Shown: positions 1 through 10,335 of the stretch, in pieces
How the letters are laid out: each line of letters opens with the position of its first letter
How positions within the stretch are numbered: position 1 is the first letter of the stretch
Assembly: GCA_965215015.1 (NCBI GenBank)
Contig: OZ244042.1
Span: 3,328,001-3,392,000, forward strand
Direction of reading: 5' to 3'
Source: Candidatus Poribacteria bacterium
Lineage (GTDB): Bacteria; Poribacteria; WGA-4E; PCPOR2b
DNA: 64,000 nt
Made by a program: the position numbers and the translations under genes
The notes under the pieces: generated by a model
Database searches by the model: none
Seen by the model: only the letters and a program-made list of their open reading frames with translations
What the model was told of the DNA's origin: nothing

Positions 1-1
1 A

Positions 2-313
2 CCGGCATCTCCACCGTTGTTAAAGCAGATTCCCACTACAGGCGATCTGTTGCTCATCTGGAATCATAATGCTAACCTCGACTACCCCCATCAGGGTGAC
101 AGAAATCCGTTGACAGCGGCGATTTCCAAAGACGAAGGGCGGACGTGGGAAAATATCAAGGACATCGAAAACCACTTGGGATATGACAGTGCCTATGCCG
201 CGGTGACCTTCGTTGACGATGAAGCCCTCGTAACCTATTACACTCGATCCATCGCAACCTACGGAGAATCGGTCAAGCTGAAGATCTTCTCGACAGATTG
301 GTTTTACCAGTAG
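2..313 (+). CDS. Sialidase/BNR Asp-box family protein, C-terminal part (truncated by window start)
   Basis: Asp-box SKDEGRTWE and YAAVTF..LVTYY beta-propeller-type C-terminus; frame open from window start. Confidence 0.7.
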   Translation, partial: PASPPLLKQIPTTGDLLLIWNHNANLDYPHQGDRNPLTAAISKDEGRTWENIKDIENHLGYDSAYAAVTFVDDEALVTYYTRSIATYGESVKLKIFSTDWFYQ

Positions 314-377
314 AAAGGTCACGGGATGCCTCTCAAACCGTTGAATCTCCTCTCGTTGCAACCTTTTATTAGGTCAA

Positions 378-443
378 GTAGGGTTATTTTGGATAAGTCG
401 CTCCTACAGTGAGGTATCGGGATTCGGAGATCCCTCCTACAGG
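378..443. repeat. REP-like (GTAG/CTAC-type) palindromic sequences
   Basis: Two ..ctcctaca-ending units; 417-442 matches the reverse complement of 42435-42460 at 22/26 nt. Confidence 0.55.
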
Positions 444-572
444 AAAACTCAATGCCCTTAACTGTCAAGAATTTAGTCTTGACGCGATAACGCGCTTTGG
501 CGTACAATGCGTCGTTGAACGCCCAATACCGGTTTAGGCTTGCGTTGTTTATCTGAGGACTGTTGATTATGG

Positions 573-600
573 AAAGTTGTAAAACAAAGTTGTAAAACAA
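573..600. promoter_or_regulatory. Tandem 13-bp direct repeat aaagttgtaaaac x2, candidate operator
   Basis: 573-585 = 586-598; each unit with following bases forms TTGT-AAA-ACAA dyad; ~55 bp upstream of the TPP-enzyme start. Confidence 0.35.
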
Positions 601-655
601 TGTCGGTTTAATAGAGAAGCTCACAATAGGTTTTGATTGTACAAGGAGATCATAT

Positions 656-2290
656 ATGCAAGCTATTGATGCAGTCGCACAAATTTTGAAAACTGAAGGT
701 GTTGAGAATTTGTTCTGTTTTCCAGCGAACAGTCTTATTGATGCCTGTGCAAAGGTCGGTATCCGTCCGATTATGGCGCGAACAGAACGAACACTGATCA
801 ATATGGCAGATGGATTCAGCCGTATCTCCAACGGAGACCGTTTGGGTGTTGCGTGTGTCCAATCCGGTCCCGGTAGCGAAAATGCGTTCGGCGGGGTCGC
901 CCAAGCGTTTTCGGACTCTGTTCCAATTCTGATGCTACCGGGCGGAGTTGCCCGCCGCAGCCACGGCATTCCCACCCATTTCGAGGCAGTACCAAACTAC
1001 GGCGGTATTACGAAATGGGTCGCTCAAGTAAATTTTCCGGATCGAATTCCCGCCATGATGCGCCGCGCCTTTAGTCTACTCCGTACAGGGCATCCGGCAC
1101 CGGTGATGCTTGAGGTGCCAACCGATGTTGCCAGCGAAGATATCGACGACGGCTTCGGCTACAAACCGCCTGAGAAGATTAAACCCGCTGGCAATCCCAG
1201 TGACATTGAAGCATCGGTGCGAGCCCTCCTTGCTGCAGAATCTCCAATCCTTCATGCAGGGCAGGGTGTCCTCTACGCTGACGGGACGGATGAACTGATC
1301 GAATTTGCAGAATTGGTGGGCGTTCCAGTGATGACAACGATGGCCGGCAAGAGTGCCTTCCCTGAAAACCATCCGCTGTCTCTCGGTGCCAGTGGACATA
1401 CCGGCACTGGAATGGTTAAGCATTTTCTAGGGGAAGCGGATCTCGTCTTTGGGCTTGGGTGCAGCCTGTCACAGTCGGTCATGTCCACCCCGATTCCTGA
1501 TGGAAAGGTGTTGATCCATAACTCGATCGATGAGCTAGATATCAATAAAGATTACGCCGCCGATTATGCGATTATCGGCGATGCAAAAATTGTCTTGGGG
1601 CAACTCATTGATGAAGCAAGAAAGCAATTGGGTGGAAGCGGACGCAGTCGTGACGCAGTTGTTGGAGAAATCAAAACCGTGAAGGAGCAGTGGTTAGCGG
1701 AGTGGATGCCAAAACTGACCTCGGATGAAGCTCCTATCAACCCGTATCGTGTTGTTTGGGATCTGATGCAGGCGGTGGATCGGACGCAAACCATTGTCAC
1801 ACATGATTCAGGGAATCCGCGTGATCAGACCCTTCCCTTCTATGAAACGATTACCCCGCACGGTTACATCGGTTGGGGCAAGTCCACGCAATTGGGATAT
1901 GGGCTTGGATTGATTATGGGTGCGAAACTGGCTGCGCCGGAAAAACTGGCTGTCAATATCATGGGGGACGCCGCCTTCGGTATGGCGGGAATGGACTTTG
2001 AAACCGCTGCACGGGAGCGCATCCCCATCCTAACGATTATGTTCAACAACTCGGCACTCGGCGGCTACGAGAAACACATGCCTGTCGCAACCGAACGGTT
2101 CCAGACAAAGTTTCTATCCGGTGATTACGCAAAGGTCGCGGAAGGATTGGGAGGATACAGTGAAAAGGTCGAGAATCCAGCGGACATTATTCCCGCTATC
2201 CAGCGCGCCCAGAAAGAGACACAGGCGGGCAAACCCGCCCTGCTTGAGATTATTACGCGCGAGGAAACCGACTTTTCCATGGGAATTTAG
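656..2290 (+). CDS. Thiamine pyrophosphate-dependent enzyme (acetolactate synthase-like family)
   Basis: RTE..NMADG, SGPG.EN and GDAAF(x24)NN TPP-binding motif; RBS aaggag. Confidence 0.85.
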   Translation: MQAIDAVAQILKTEGVENLFCFPANSLIDACAKVGIRPIMARTERTLINMADGFSRISNGDRLGVACVQSGPGSENAFGGVAQAFSDSVPILMLPGGVARRSHGIPTHFEAVPNYGGITKWVAQVNFPDRIPAMMRRAFSLLRTGHPAPVMLEVPTDVASEDIDDGFGYKPPEKIKPAGNPSDIEASVRALLAAESPILHAGQGVLYADGTDELIEFAELVGVPVMTTMAGKSAFPENHPLSLGASGHTGTGMVKHFLGEADLVFGLGCSLSQSVMSTPIPDGKVLIHNSIDELDINKDYAADYAIIGDAKIVLGQLIDEARKQLGGSGRSRDAVVGEIKTVKEQWLAEWMPKLTSDEAPINPYRVVWDLMQAVDRTQTIVTHDSGNPRDQTLPFYETITPHGYIGWGKSTQLGYGLGLIMGAKLAAPEKLAVNIMGDAAFGMAGMDFETAARERIPILTIMFNNSALGGYEKHMPVATERFQTKFLSGDYAKVAEGLGGYSEKVENPADIIPAIQRAQKETQAGKPALLEIITREETDFSMGI

Positions 2291-2366
2291 GTGTAAGACG
2301 TGAGGTGTAAATGGTCAGGGGTTTATTATGGGTTCAATAGTTCGCAATAGAAAGGAGTCACCACTC

Positions 2367-4841
2367 ATGGCAGACTATCAACCGCTCGAGTTGTCACCGT
2401 TATGCAATGCAGGACTTGAAGTTTTAGGCGCAAACGCGGATGCCCCCATCGGCAAACAAGCCTTCCGTGGTCTTCCATTTTTGGTAAACGCGGACGGTTC
2501 AAGATGTTTCATCGCACTTAATGACGCTTCGGGAAATGTCACGATTCCCATCAATCAATCCGCACGCCGCATTATCATCGCACACCGTTTGCTAGAATCT
2601 GATCTGATGGAGGGCGGAGCACTAGGGGAGCCTGTCGCAGATTATGTGTTTCGTCTAGCAGAGGGTGCCGAAATCCGTATTCCCATCCGGGAGCGATTTG
2701 AAATTGCGGATCTCTCCGGTAGCGGTGCGCCATTCCACGCGCTCCCCGATCAGAACGACCATCTGATGCCGCGTCATGAGGGGAAATGGGAGGAGATGGG
2801 GCGACGTCAGACCGAAGTGTCGCGCGGCACAGCCCGTGGCTACTACCTATGGGCGTGGGAGAATCCGCATCCAGACCGCGAGGTCGAATCGCTGGAGATT
2901 ATTCCGAGTGGACCGCATTTTATTATCGCGGGTGTCACGCTTTCGCACGTTGACGAGCATCCTTTCGTCCGACAGGGGAAACGCGAAGCGCGCTTAATCC
3001 TGACCAATCCTGAAGACGCAGAAAAGCCGTTTGACCTTGACGTGGAAGTCGATCGGGGGATAGCGACTTATGTCCATCCGTTGCCTGAAGCGTCATCCGC
3101 CGATTTTGTCAACGATGATTTCGCCGGTTGGGGAGAAGCGCAGAATCCCAAGTCGAGCCCATCCTATGTCGAGGTTGCTGCGGTTCCATCAGCAACGGTG
3201 ACAGTAAAGCAGGGCAAGGAAAAGGTAGGGGAGGTCAAGTGGGGTGATGTTGAGGAGAAAAAGGTGGTCGAAACCCCACGAATGCGTGTGGAACTTTTGG
3301 ACCGTGGACGGAATTGGGTTCACGTCACTATCCTTGATGATGATACGGGCAAACCAGTCCCTTGCCGCGTCCATTTCCGATCACCGGAAGGCGTCCCCTA
3401 TCAACCATACGGACATCACAATCAGGTTAATTCTAATCTCGGCAGTTGGCATATTGACATTGGCGGTGATCTTCGACTCGGACAAATCACCTACGCATAC
3501 ATTGACGGTCGTTGTCAGGGATGGCTACCGCGCGGCGAGGTTATCGTGGATATCGCGCGGGGATTTGAGTATGAACCGCTACGGACACGAGTGAATATCG
3601 AACCGGGTCAACGCGAACTAACTTTGCGCCTCAAACGATGGGTTCACATGAACGCGGATGGCTGGTATAGCGGCGATTCCCACGTGCACTTCCTCTCGAC
3701 ACAGGGCAGTCATACGGAGTCCCAAGGCGAAGACCTCAACATCGTGAACCTGCTCCCATCGCAGTGGGGCAACCTGTTCACAAACACGGAGGACTTCACA
3801 GGCAAGCCGAGTATCTCGCAAGATGGTAATAACATCGTTTATGTCGGTCAGGAGAATCGGCAGCACTTTCTGGGGCATCTCATCCTCTGGGGTCTCAAGG
3901 AGCCGGTGATGCCGTGGTGTAGTGATGGTCCCGGTGAATCTGAGCTCGGTGGAACGCTGGAAATCACGATGAGTGATTGGGCAGATCAGTGTCATGCCCA
4001 GGGCGGCTCGGTCATTATCCCGCACCTCCCGAACCCGAATGGTGAACCTGCGGCACTGATTGCCACCGGTCGCGTGGACGGTGTGGAGATGCTACGTCAT
4101 GCACCGTTCAATCACCTTGAATACTATCGCTACCTCAACTGCGGTTACCGCTTGCCGCTGGTTGGCGGAACGGATAAGATGAGTAGCGATGTACCTGTCG
4201 GTATTTACCGGACCTACGCCTATCTACCTGACCAAGAGTTCACCTACGACAATTGGTGCAAAAGTGTATCCCAGGGACGAACATTCCACAGCGGTGGCCC
4301 TATGATTAACCTCACCGTGGATGGACATAATATCGGTGATACGATGCAGTTGTCAGGGGCTGGTACGGTGGAGGTCGAAGCGTGGGCGGAGAGCATCTTC
4401 CCGATTCATACGCTCGAAATCGTTCAAGCTGGACGTGTCGTTGCCTCGACAGAAGATAGCAAAGGTACACGTCGGTTGGAGTTGAAGGCACAAGTGAAAG
4501 TGGAGGGACACACTTGGATTGCTGCTCGATGTGGTGCTCCTAATTACACCAGCATCCCTCATCACGATGGCTGGGGACGAGGAATATTTGCTCACACTTC
4601 GCCGATTTATATCGCCTGCGGTGGAGAGTGGTGGATGTTTGATAAGGATGCCGCCCAGTATATGCTCACGCTCATTGATGGCAACCTGACCTACATCCGT
4701 CAAACCGCCGCTCGACACGCGCCCGGCACGGCAACCCATCATCACGGTGAAGATAATCACCTTACCTATCTAGAACGTCCCTTCGTCGAAGCCCGCGCAG
4801 CCATTCACCGGCGGATGCATCAATTGGGGATAGCACATTAG
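2367..4841 (+). CDS. CehA/McbA-family (PHP-like) metallohydrolase
   Basis: WYSGDSHVH, GHL, IPH and GGTD motifs; RBS agaaaggag favours ATG 2367. Confidence 0.7.
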   Translation: MADYQPLELSPLCNAGLEVLGANADAPIGKQAFRGLPFLVNADGSRCFIALNDASGNVTIPINQSARRIIIAHRLLESDLMEGGALGEPVADYVFRLAEGAEIRIPIRERFEIADLSGSGAPFHALPDQNDHLMPRHEGKWEEMGRRQTEVSRGTARGYYLWAWENPHPDREVESLEIIPSGPHFIIAGVTLSHVDEHPFVRQGKREARLILTNPEDAEKPFDLDVEVDRGIATYVHPLPEASSADFVNDDFAGWGEAQNPKSSPSYVEVAAVPSATVTVKQGKEKVGEVKWGDVEEKKVVETPRMRVELLDRGRNWVHVTILDDDTGKPVPCRVHFRSPEGVPYQPYGHHNQVNSNLGSWHIDIGGDLRLGQITYAYIDGRCQGWLPRGEVIVDIARGFEYEPLRTRVNIEPGQRELTLRLKRWVHMNADGWYSGDSHVHFLSTQGSHTESQGEDLNIVNLLPSQWGNLFTNTEDFTGKPSISQDGNNIVYVGQENRQHFLGHLILWGLKEPVMPWCSDGPGESELGGTLEITMSDWADQCHAQGGSVIIPHLPNPNGEPAALIATGRVDGVEMLRHAPFNHLEYYRYLNCGYRLPLVGGTDKMSSDVPVGIYRTYAYLPDQEFTYDNWCKSVSQGRTFHSGGPMINLTVDGHNIGDTMQLSGAGTVEVEAWAESIFPIHTLEIVQAGRVVASTEDSKGTRRLELKAQVKVEGHTWIAARCGAPNYTSIPHHDGWGRGIFAHTSPIYIACGGEWWMFDKDAAQYMLTLIDGNLTYIRQTAARHAPGTATHHHGEDNHLTYLERPFVEARAAIHRRMHQLGIAH

Positions 4842-4871
4842 TGAAACGTGAAAGGTAATGCGTAATACCTC

Positions 4872-5187
4872 CCCGTGAAAAAATCGCCATTGTGGAGGGT
4901 ACGGAAAATGTCTGAATTAGATAATGCGGCTATTTGAATCCGTGTGCTGAATCAGGATTTTCAGGCTGGATGGATAAATAGGATAGAAACGTCAGCATCT
5001 AAGAATCCTGAGAATCGTAGAATCCGGTGAATCCGGATTCTGACAAGTTACACACCCTCCTCCAAAATCATCGCCGCATTCTGTCTGAATCAGGATTTAC
5101 TGGATTTTAGGATTAACAGGATTGACTCTATCCATTGCCATTCACTATCCTGAAAATCCTTCCATCTTGAGAATCCAGATTCTGACA
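4872..5187 (+). repeat. Copy of MTase 3' tail plus two palindromic elements (tgtctgaatcaggatt...aatccagattctgaca)
   Basis: 4872-4916 resembles gene end 8799-8843; palindromes at ~4946-5045 and 5082-5187. Confidence 0.9.
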
Positions 5188-5296
5188 ATTTATACTATTG
5201 ATGCATCTGTAAGCCGATAGCCCTCGCTTAATCCTTGACATGCCTTGATTTAGCTCAAAAGATAGCAGCAAGGATTAAACTCAGGAAAGCCTAAAG

Positions 5297-8200
5297 ATGA
5301 ACGACCCACAACACAAATCTACCATCACAAATGCCCTAAACCGCTTCACCGATGGGGCCCTCGCTGAAAATGCACGAAACCTACTCAACACACTCGGCTA
5401 TCAGAGCGAAAGGACACTAGCCCTTGAATCAAATACCGCCGACGCCTTTATTGCCGCGTATGATCCGCAAGGGCAACTGAATAGCGGTAGGGCACTGACA
5501 GCAGAGTGGACCTCCATTGACCTGCTTTTCCAACTCACAGGCGATGACCTGACGCCCACGGATACAACCCGATGGATTTTCAATCCCAGCCAGACGCAGG
5601 TGGATAACACCATCATCGAATCCTACCTTTTCTTCGCAATCCGCTTGGAAGGCAGCGGTTACAACCGCACCCAACTGTCGCAAATCACCCGCGAAATCAA
5701 CAAGTTGTTCTCGATACCCGCGATGCTGCTCTTTCAACACGGCAGCACGCTTACGCTGTCGATTATCGATCGCCGTTTGGGGGTACGCGATCCATCCCGC
5801 GATGTCCTTGAAAAAGTAACCCTTATCAAGGACATTAATTTCAAAGATCCCTACCGCGCCCACATCGATATCCTATTCGATCTCGCCCTCGAACCGTTGA
5901 ACCAAACGCACGGTGTCCGCAACTTTGTCGAGCTCCATCGCGCTTGGGAAAAGACACTCGACACCGAAGCACTCAACAAGAAATTCTACCGAGAGTTGTT
6001 CGACTGGTTTGAATGGGCGGTTGATGAAGGGGGGTTCCCCACAAACGAAAAGCGTACCTTGAAACCGGAGGAGCACGTCATCCGCTTAATCACGCGACTG
6101 CTGTTCGTCTGGTTTATCAAAGAGAAGGGATTGGTCGCCGATGAACTGTTCAACGAGACGCACGTCGCCCCATTGCTGAAAGACTATGACCGCGACACCG
6201 GCGATTCCTACTACCGGGCGGTGCTGCAGAATCTGTTTTTCGCCACACTGAACACGGAGATAGAGAAGCGTGGGTTTAGCAAAGGGGGCAACCCGGCTCA
6301 TCGCAATTTCTCACGGTATCGCTACAAAGACCAGATAGCCGATCCCGACAAGCTGCTGGGGCTGTTCGCCCAAACCCCATTTATCAACGGTGGCTTATTC
6401 GATTGCCTCGACAGCGAGGAGGCGACACGGGATGGCGGCTACCGGGTGGATTGTTTCTCCGATGTGCATTACAGTCAATTAAGTATTCCTAACCGTCTCT
6501 TCTTCGATGATGCTTACGGCCTGATTCCCCTGCTGAAACGGTACAAGTTTACCGTTGAGGAAAACACACCGATAGAGCAGGAGGTCGCATTGGATCCGGA
6601 GCTACTTGGCAAGGTGTTTGAAAACCTGCTCGCTGCGTATAATCCTGAAACTGGCACAACGGCACGAAAGCAGACCGGTTCCTATTACACCCCCCGCGCC
6701 ATTGTGGACTACATGGTAGAGGAGGCGTTAGTAGCCACGCTTGGAGGACGGGTGGCCCCGACGGACGGTGATTCAAAGTTTTGGGACGAGCGGTTGCGCT
6801 ATCTGTTCGATTATGCGAAAGCGTTCGATGATGCGAGTGAATGGTTCGATAGCCGTGAATCGGACTTGGTAGTGCGGGCAATTTCAGAACTGAAGATACT
6901 TGACCCCGCCGTCGGTTCCGGCGCGTTTCCGATGGGGGTGCTACACAAACTGACGCTTGCCCTACGACGGTTGGACCCGGATAACACCCGATGGGAGACA
7001 TTGCAAAAGGAACGTGCCGCCCAGCGAGCGGCGGATGCGTTTGATACGGCAGATGACCACATACGCCGTGAAGCACTCCTCGAAATCAACGAAACTTTCA
7101 AACGGTACCGCGATTCGGATTTCGGACGGAAGTTGTATCTGATTCAAAACAGCATCTTCGGTGTCGATATTCAGTCAGTGGCGTGCCAAATCGCTAAGCT
7201 CCGCTTTTTCATCTCCCTTGCCATTGAGCAGGAGCCGGATAGGGCCGCAGCTAACTTTGGGATTAAGCCGTTGCCCAATCTGGAGACACGGTTTGTTGCG
7301 GCAAACACGCTCATCGGTCTCGAAGGCGAACGAACCCTGACAAGCCCCAGGGCCAAAGCATTGGAAGGGAAATTGAGTGAGAACCGCGAGCGGCATTTCC
7401 ACGCAACGACACGCTCCCAGAAACTGGCGTGTAAGCGAGCTGACAAGGAATTGCGGCGAGAATTGGCGACGGAATTACGCCATATCGGGATGCCCACCGA
7501 TGATGCGGAAAAAATTGCCCATTGGGACCCCTACGACCAGAACGCCTCTGCTGATTTCTTTGATCCAGAGTGGATGTTTGGGGTCAGAACTGGTTTTGAT
7601 ATTACAATTGGAAATCCACCCTATGTCAGATCAGAGGCGCGGGGACAACGAGCGTTGCGTCAGCAAATAGAAAATAGCAATCAGTATGAAACCCTTTGGG
7701 AGAAATGGGATTTGTATATTCCGTTCATTGAACGCAGCTATAAACTGCTCAAGCCGGCGGGTTTCACAACACTCATCGTCTCAGATGCCTATTGTCACTC
7801 GAAATATGCCCAGAAATCCCAAAACTGGTTTTTGAAAAATAGTCGCATCCTGCAACTTGACTTCTTTGGTAAGATTAAAATCTTCGATGCAGGGGTTCAT
7901 AACGTTACTTATCTGTTTCAAAAAGCAGATGGTAGTTATCAAAAGCCGGAGCGTCGTGTTCATGATCCCGAATTTGGTGTGGTCAATTTATTGCCAACTA
8001 ACGAACAGCGTGAATTAACCTATCGGGTCTTTTTTCCTGAAGATACAAACTGTCAACAGTTTTCAGTGTCGACGCTTGACCTATCAGAAATTTGTTACAT
8101 TAGTTATGGACTGAGGCCAAGTAGCAAGACACAGGATAAAAATAAATTTGTAACCTCTGATGTGGTTTCAGATAAAAAAGATCGACTTCATAGCAAGCCC

Positions 8201-8842
8201 TTTGTCGAAGGAAAGCATTTAGATCTGTGGCTTCCGAGAACAAACCTTTGGATTGAGTGGAATACAAATCGCGCACCTACAAAATTTTACAGTCCAACAT
8301 TCCCAGAAATGTATACAGTGGATGAAAAGATCTTAACTCAACGAAGTCCTGGGCCGGATCCAAAAGTTTGTTATGATAATCAGCATCTTGTTTTCACGCC
8401 CAGCAGTGTTGGATTAATTTTTTGGCATAATTTATCCGGTGTCCGCAATAGATCTATTCAAAAGCAGGCACGCTATAGCGACGAAGTGCGTCACCCAAAT
8501 TTGCCACAGCGGGAAGAACTTGAAGAGACAAGTCGTCGTTTTGCCGTGAAATTCCTGCTTGGTGTGATGAATTCGACTGCCGCCCATAATTTCCTGAAGG
8601 CAAATCGTCGTAGCAATATCCACTTGTACCCTGATGATTGGAAAAAGTTACCTATTCCCGATGTGCCACTTGAGCAACAAGCACCAATTGTTGAACTGGT
8701 CAATCAGATCCTCGACGCTAAACGCCCCGACCCAAACGCCGATGTATCCGAACTTGAAAATGAGATTGATCAGATAGTATATTTGTTATACGGTCTGACC
8801 CGTGAAGAAATCGCTATTGTGGAGTGTGCTGAAAATGTCTGA
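5297..8842 (+). CDS. Eco57I-like/type IIG-like N6-adenine DNA methyltransferase with C-terminal specificity region (paralog A, orphan)
   Basis: GSYYTP, motif I ILDPAVGSGAF, motif IV GNPPY (gamma order), tail LYGLTREEIAIVE. Confidence 0.9.
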   Translation: MNDPQHKSTITNALNRFTDGALAENARNLLNTLGYQSERTLALESNTADAFIAAYDPQGQLNSGRALTAEWTSIDLLFQLTGDDLTPTDTTRWIFNPSQTQVDNTIIESYLFFAIRLEGSGYNRTQLSQITREINKLFSIPAMLLFQHGSTLTLSIIDRRLGVRDPSRDVLEKVTLIKDINFKDPYRAHIDILFDLALEPLNQTHGVRNFVELHRAWEKTLDTEALNKKFYRELFDWFEWAVDEGGFPTNEKRTLKPEEHVIRLITRLLFVWFIKEKGLVADELFNETHVAPLLKDYDRDTGDSYYRAVLQNLFFATLNTEIEKRGFSKGGNPAHRNFSRYRYKDQIADPDKLLGLFAQTPFINGGLFDCLDSEEATRDGGYRVDCFSDVHYSQLSIPNRLFFDDAYGLIPLLKRYKFTVEENTPIEQEVALDPELLGKVFENLLAAYNPETGTTARKQTGSYYTPRAIVDYMVEEALVATLGGRVAPTDGDSKFWDERLRYLFDYAKAFDDASEWFDSRESDLVVRAISELKILDPAVGSGAFPMGVLHKLTLALRRLDPDNTRWETLQKERAAQRAADAFDTADDHIRREALLEINETFKRYRDSDFGRKLYLIQNSIFGVDIQSVACQIAKLRFFISLAIEQEPDRAAANFGIKPLPNLETRFVAANTLIGLEGERTLTSPRAKALEGKLSENRERHFHATTRSQKLACKRADKELRRELATELRHIGMPTDDAEKIAHWDPYDQNASADFFDPEWMFGVRTGFDITIGNPPYVRSEARGQRALRQQIENSNQYETLWEKWDLYIPFIERSYKLLKPAGFTTLIVSDAYCHSKYAQKSQNWFLKNSRILQLDFFGKIKIFDAGVHNVTYLFQKADGSYQKPERRVHDPEFGVVNLLPTNEQRELTYRVFFPEDTNCQQFSVSTLDLSEICYISYGLRPSSKTQDKNKFVTSDVVSDKKDRLHSKPFVEGKHLDLWLPRTNLWIEWNTNRAPTKFYSPTFPEMYTVDEKILTQRSPGPDPKVCYDNQHLVFTPSSVGLIFWHNLSGVRNRSIQKQARYSDEVRHPNLPQREELEETSRRFAVKFLLGVMNSTAAHNFLKANRRSNIHLYPDDWKKLPIPDVPLEQQAPIVELVNQILDAKRPDPNADVSELENEIDQIVYLLYGLTREEIAIVECAENV

Positions 8843-10292
8843 ATCAGGATTTTCAGGATGGAAGGATTTTCAGGATAAGTATCACCATCGACGGATTTTT
8901 TTTGCCTCGGTAACAACCCGAATTCGGATAGTATACTCATTATACAATTTAACCCCTGAAGAAATTGCTATTGTGGAGGGTGCGGCAAATGGCTGAATTA
9001 GATAAGGTGGCTATTTGAATCCGTGTGCTGAATTAGGGTTTCCAGGCTGGATGGATAAACAGGATAGGGCAGCATCTAAAAATCCTGAGAATCATAGAAT
9101 CAGGTGAATCCAGATTCTGACCATTTATAGGGTCTGCCTCCTGAAGACATCGGTATTGTGGCGGGTGCGGAAAATGTCTGAATCAGGGTTTCCAGGCTGG
9201 ATGGATAAACAGGATAGGGCAGCATCTAAAAATCCTGAGAATCATAGAATCCGGGTTCTGACCATTTATAGGGTCTGCCCTGTGAAGACATCGCGATTGT
9301 GGAGGGAAATGTCTGAATCAGGATTTTCAGGGTGGATGGATAAACAGGCTAGAAACGGCAGCATCTAAAAATCCTGAGAATCGTAGAATCTTGTGAATCC
9401 AGATTCTGACAATTGATACGGTGTCACTCCTGAAGAAATCGGTATTGTGGAGGGCGCGGATTTTTTGAATCTGCGTTAACCTTGAATCTGCGTTAATCTG
9501 CGATTCTGACGCTGCGGGAAATTAAGATTGTGAATGAGACACTAATTGTCTGAATCAAGATTTTCAGGATGGAAGGATAAACAGGATAAGTATCACCATA
9601 GACGGATTTTTTTGCCTCCGTAACACCCCGAATTCGGATAGTATAGTCATTATACAATTTAACCCCTGCAGACATCGCTATTGTGGAGGGTGCGGCAAAT
9701 GGCTGAATTAGGATTTTCAGGATGGAAGGATAAACAGACTAGAAACGGCAGCATCTAAAAATCCTGAGAATCATAGAATCTTGTGAATCCAGATTCTGAC
9801 AATTTATAGGGTCTGCCTCCTGCAGACATCGGTATTGTGGCGGGTGCGGAAAATGCCTGAATCAGGATTTCCAGGCTGGAAGGATAAACAGTATAGAAAC
9901 GGCAGCATCTAAAAATCCTGAGAATCATAGAATCTTGTGAATCCAGATTCTGACAATTGTATACGGTCTGCCTCCTGAAGAAATCGCGATTGTGGAGGGA
10001 AATGTCTGAATCAGGATTTCCAGGATGGATGGATAGACAGTATAGAAACGGCAGCCTCTAAAAATCCTGAGAATCGTAGAATCTTGTGAATCCAGATTCT
10101 GACAATTGATACGGTGTCACTCCTGAAGAAATCGGTATTGTGGAGGGTGCGGCAAATGTCTGGATCAGATAAGGTGGCTATTTGAATCCGTGTGCTGAAT
10201 CAGGCTTTCAGGATGGAGGGATAGACAGTATAGAAACGGCAGCACCTAAGAATCCTGAGAATCATAGAATCTTGTGAATCCAGATTCTGACA
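8787..10292 (+). repeat. Tandem array of degenerate units, each = MTase C-terminal coding tail + ~100-bp imperfect palindrome
   Basis: Tail copies near 8928, 9126, 9267, 9416, (9511), 9639, 9804, 9960, 10109; each followed by tgtctgaatcaggatt.. with, in most, ..aatccagattctgaca. Confidence 0.92.
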
Positions 10293-10335
10293 AGAGACAT
10301 ACCAACAGAGTATAAAAATAATGGAGGTTTCGTCC

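Noticed and set aside
319-975. Long antisense ORF and the many other shadow ORFs
   Set aside because: Overlap well-supported genes on the opposite strand or frame and have no recognisable motifs.
8802-9675. Small ORFs 8802-8996, 9156-9368, 9493-9675
   Set aside because: Translations of the repeat units; no RBS or independent coding signal.
8787-10292. CRISPR array
   Set aside because: Units are ~135-190 bp and degenerate, the intervening segments are homologous to each other (MTase tail) rather than unique spacers, and no cas genes are present.
8836-10292. Canonical integron attC array or DGR template repeats
   Set aside because: No RYYTAAC/GTTRRRY boxes, no integrase or reverse transcriptase in the window, and differences between copies are not adenine-specific.
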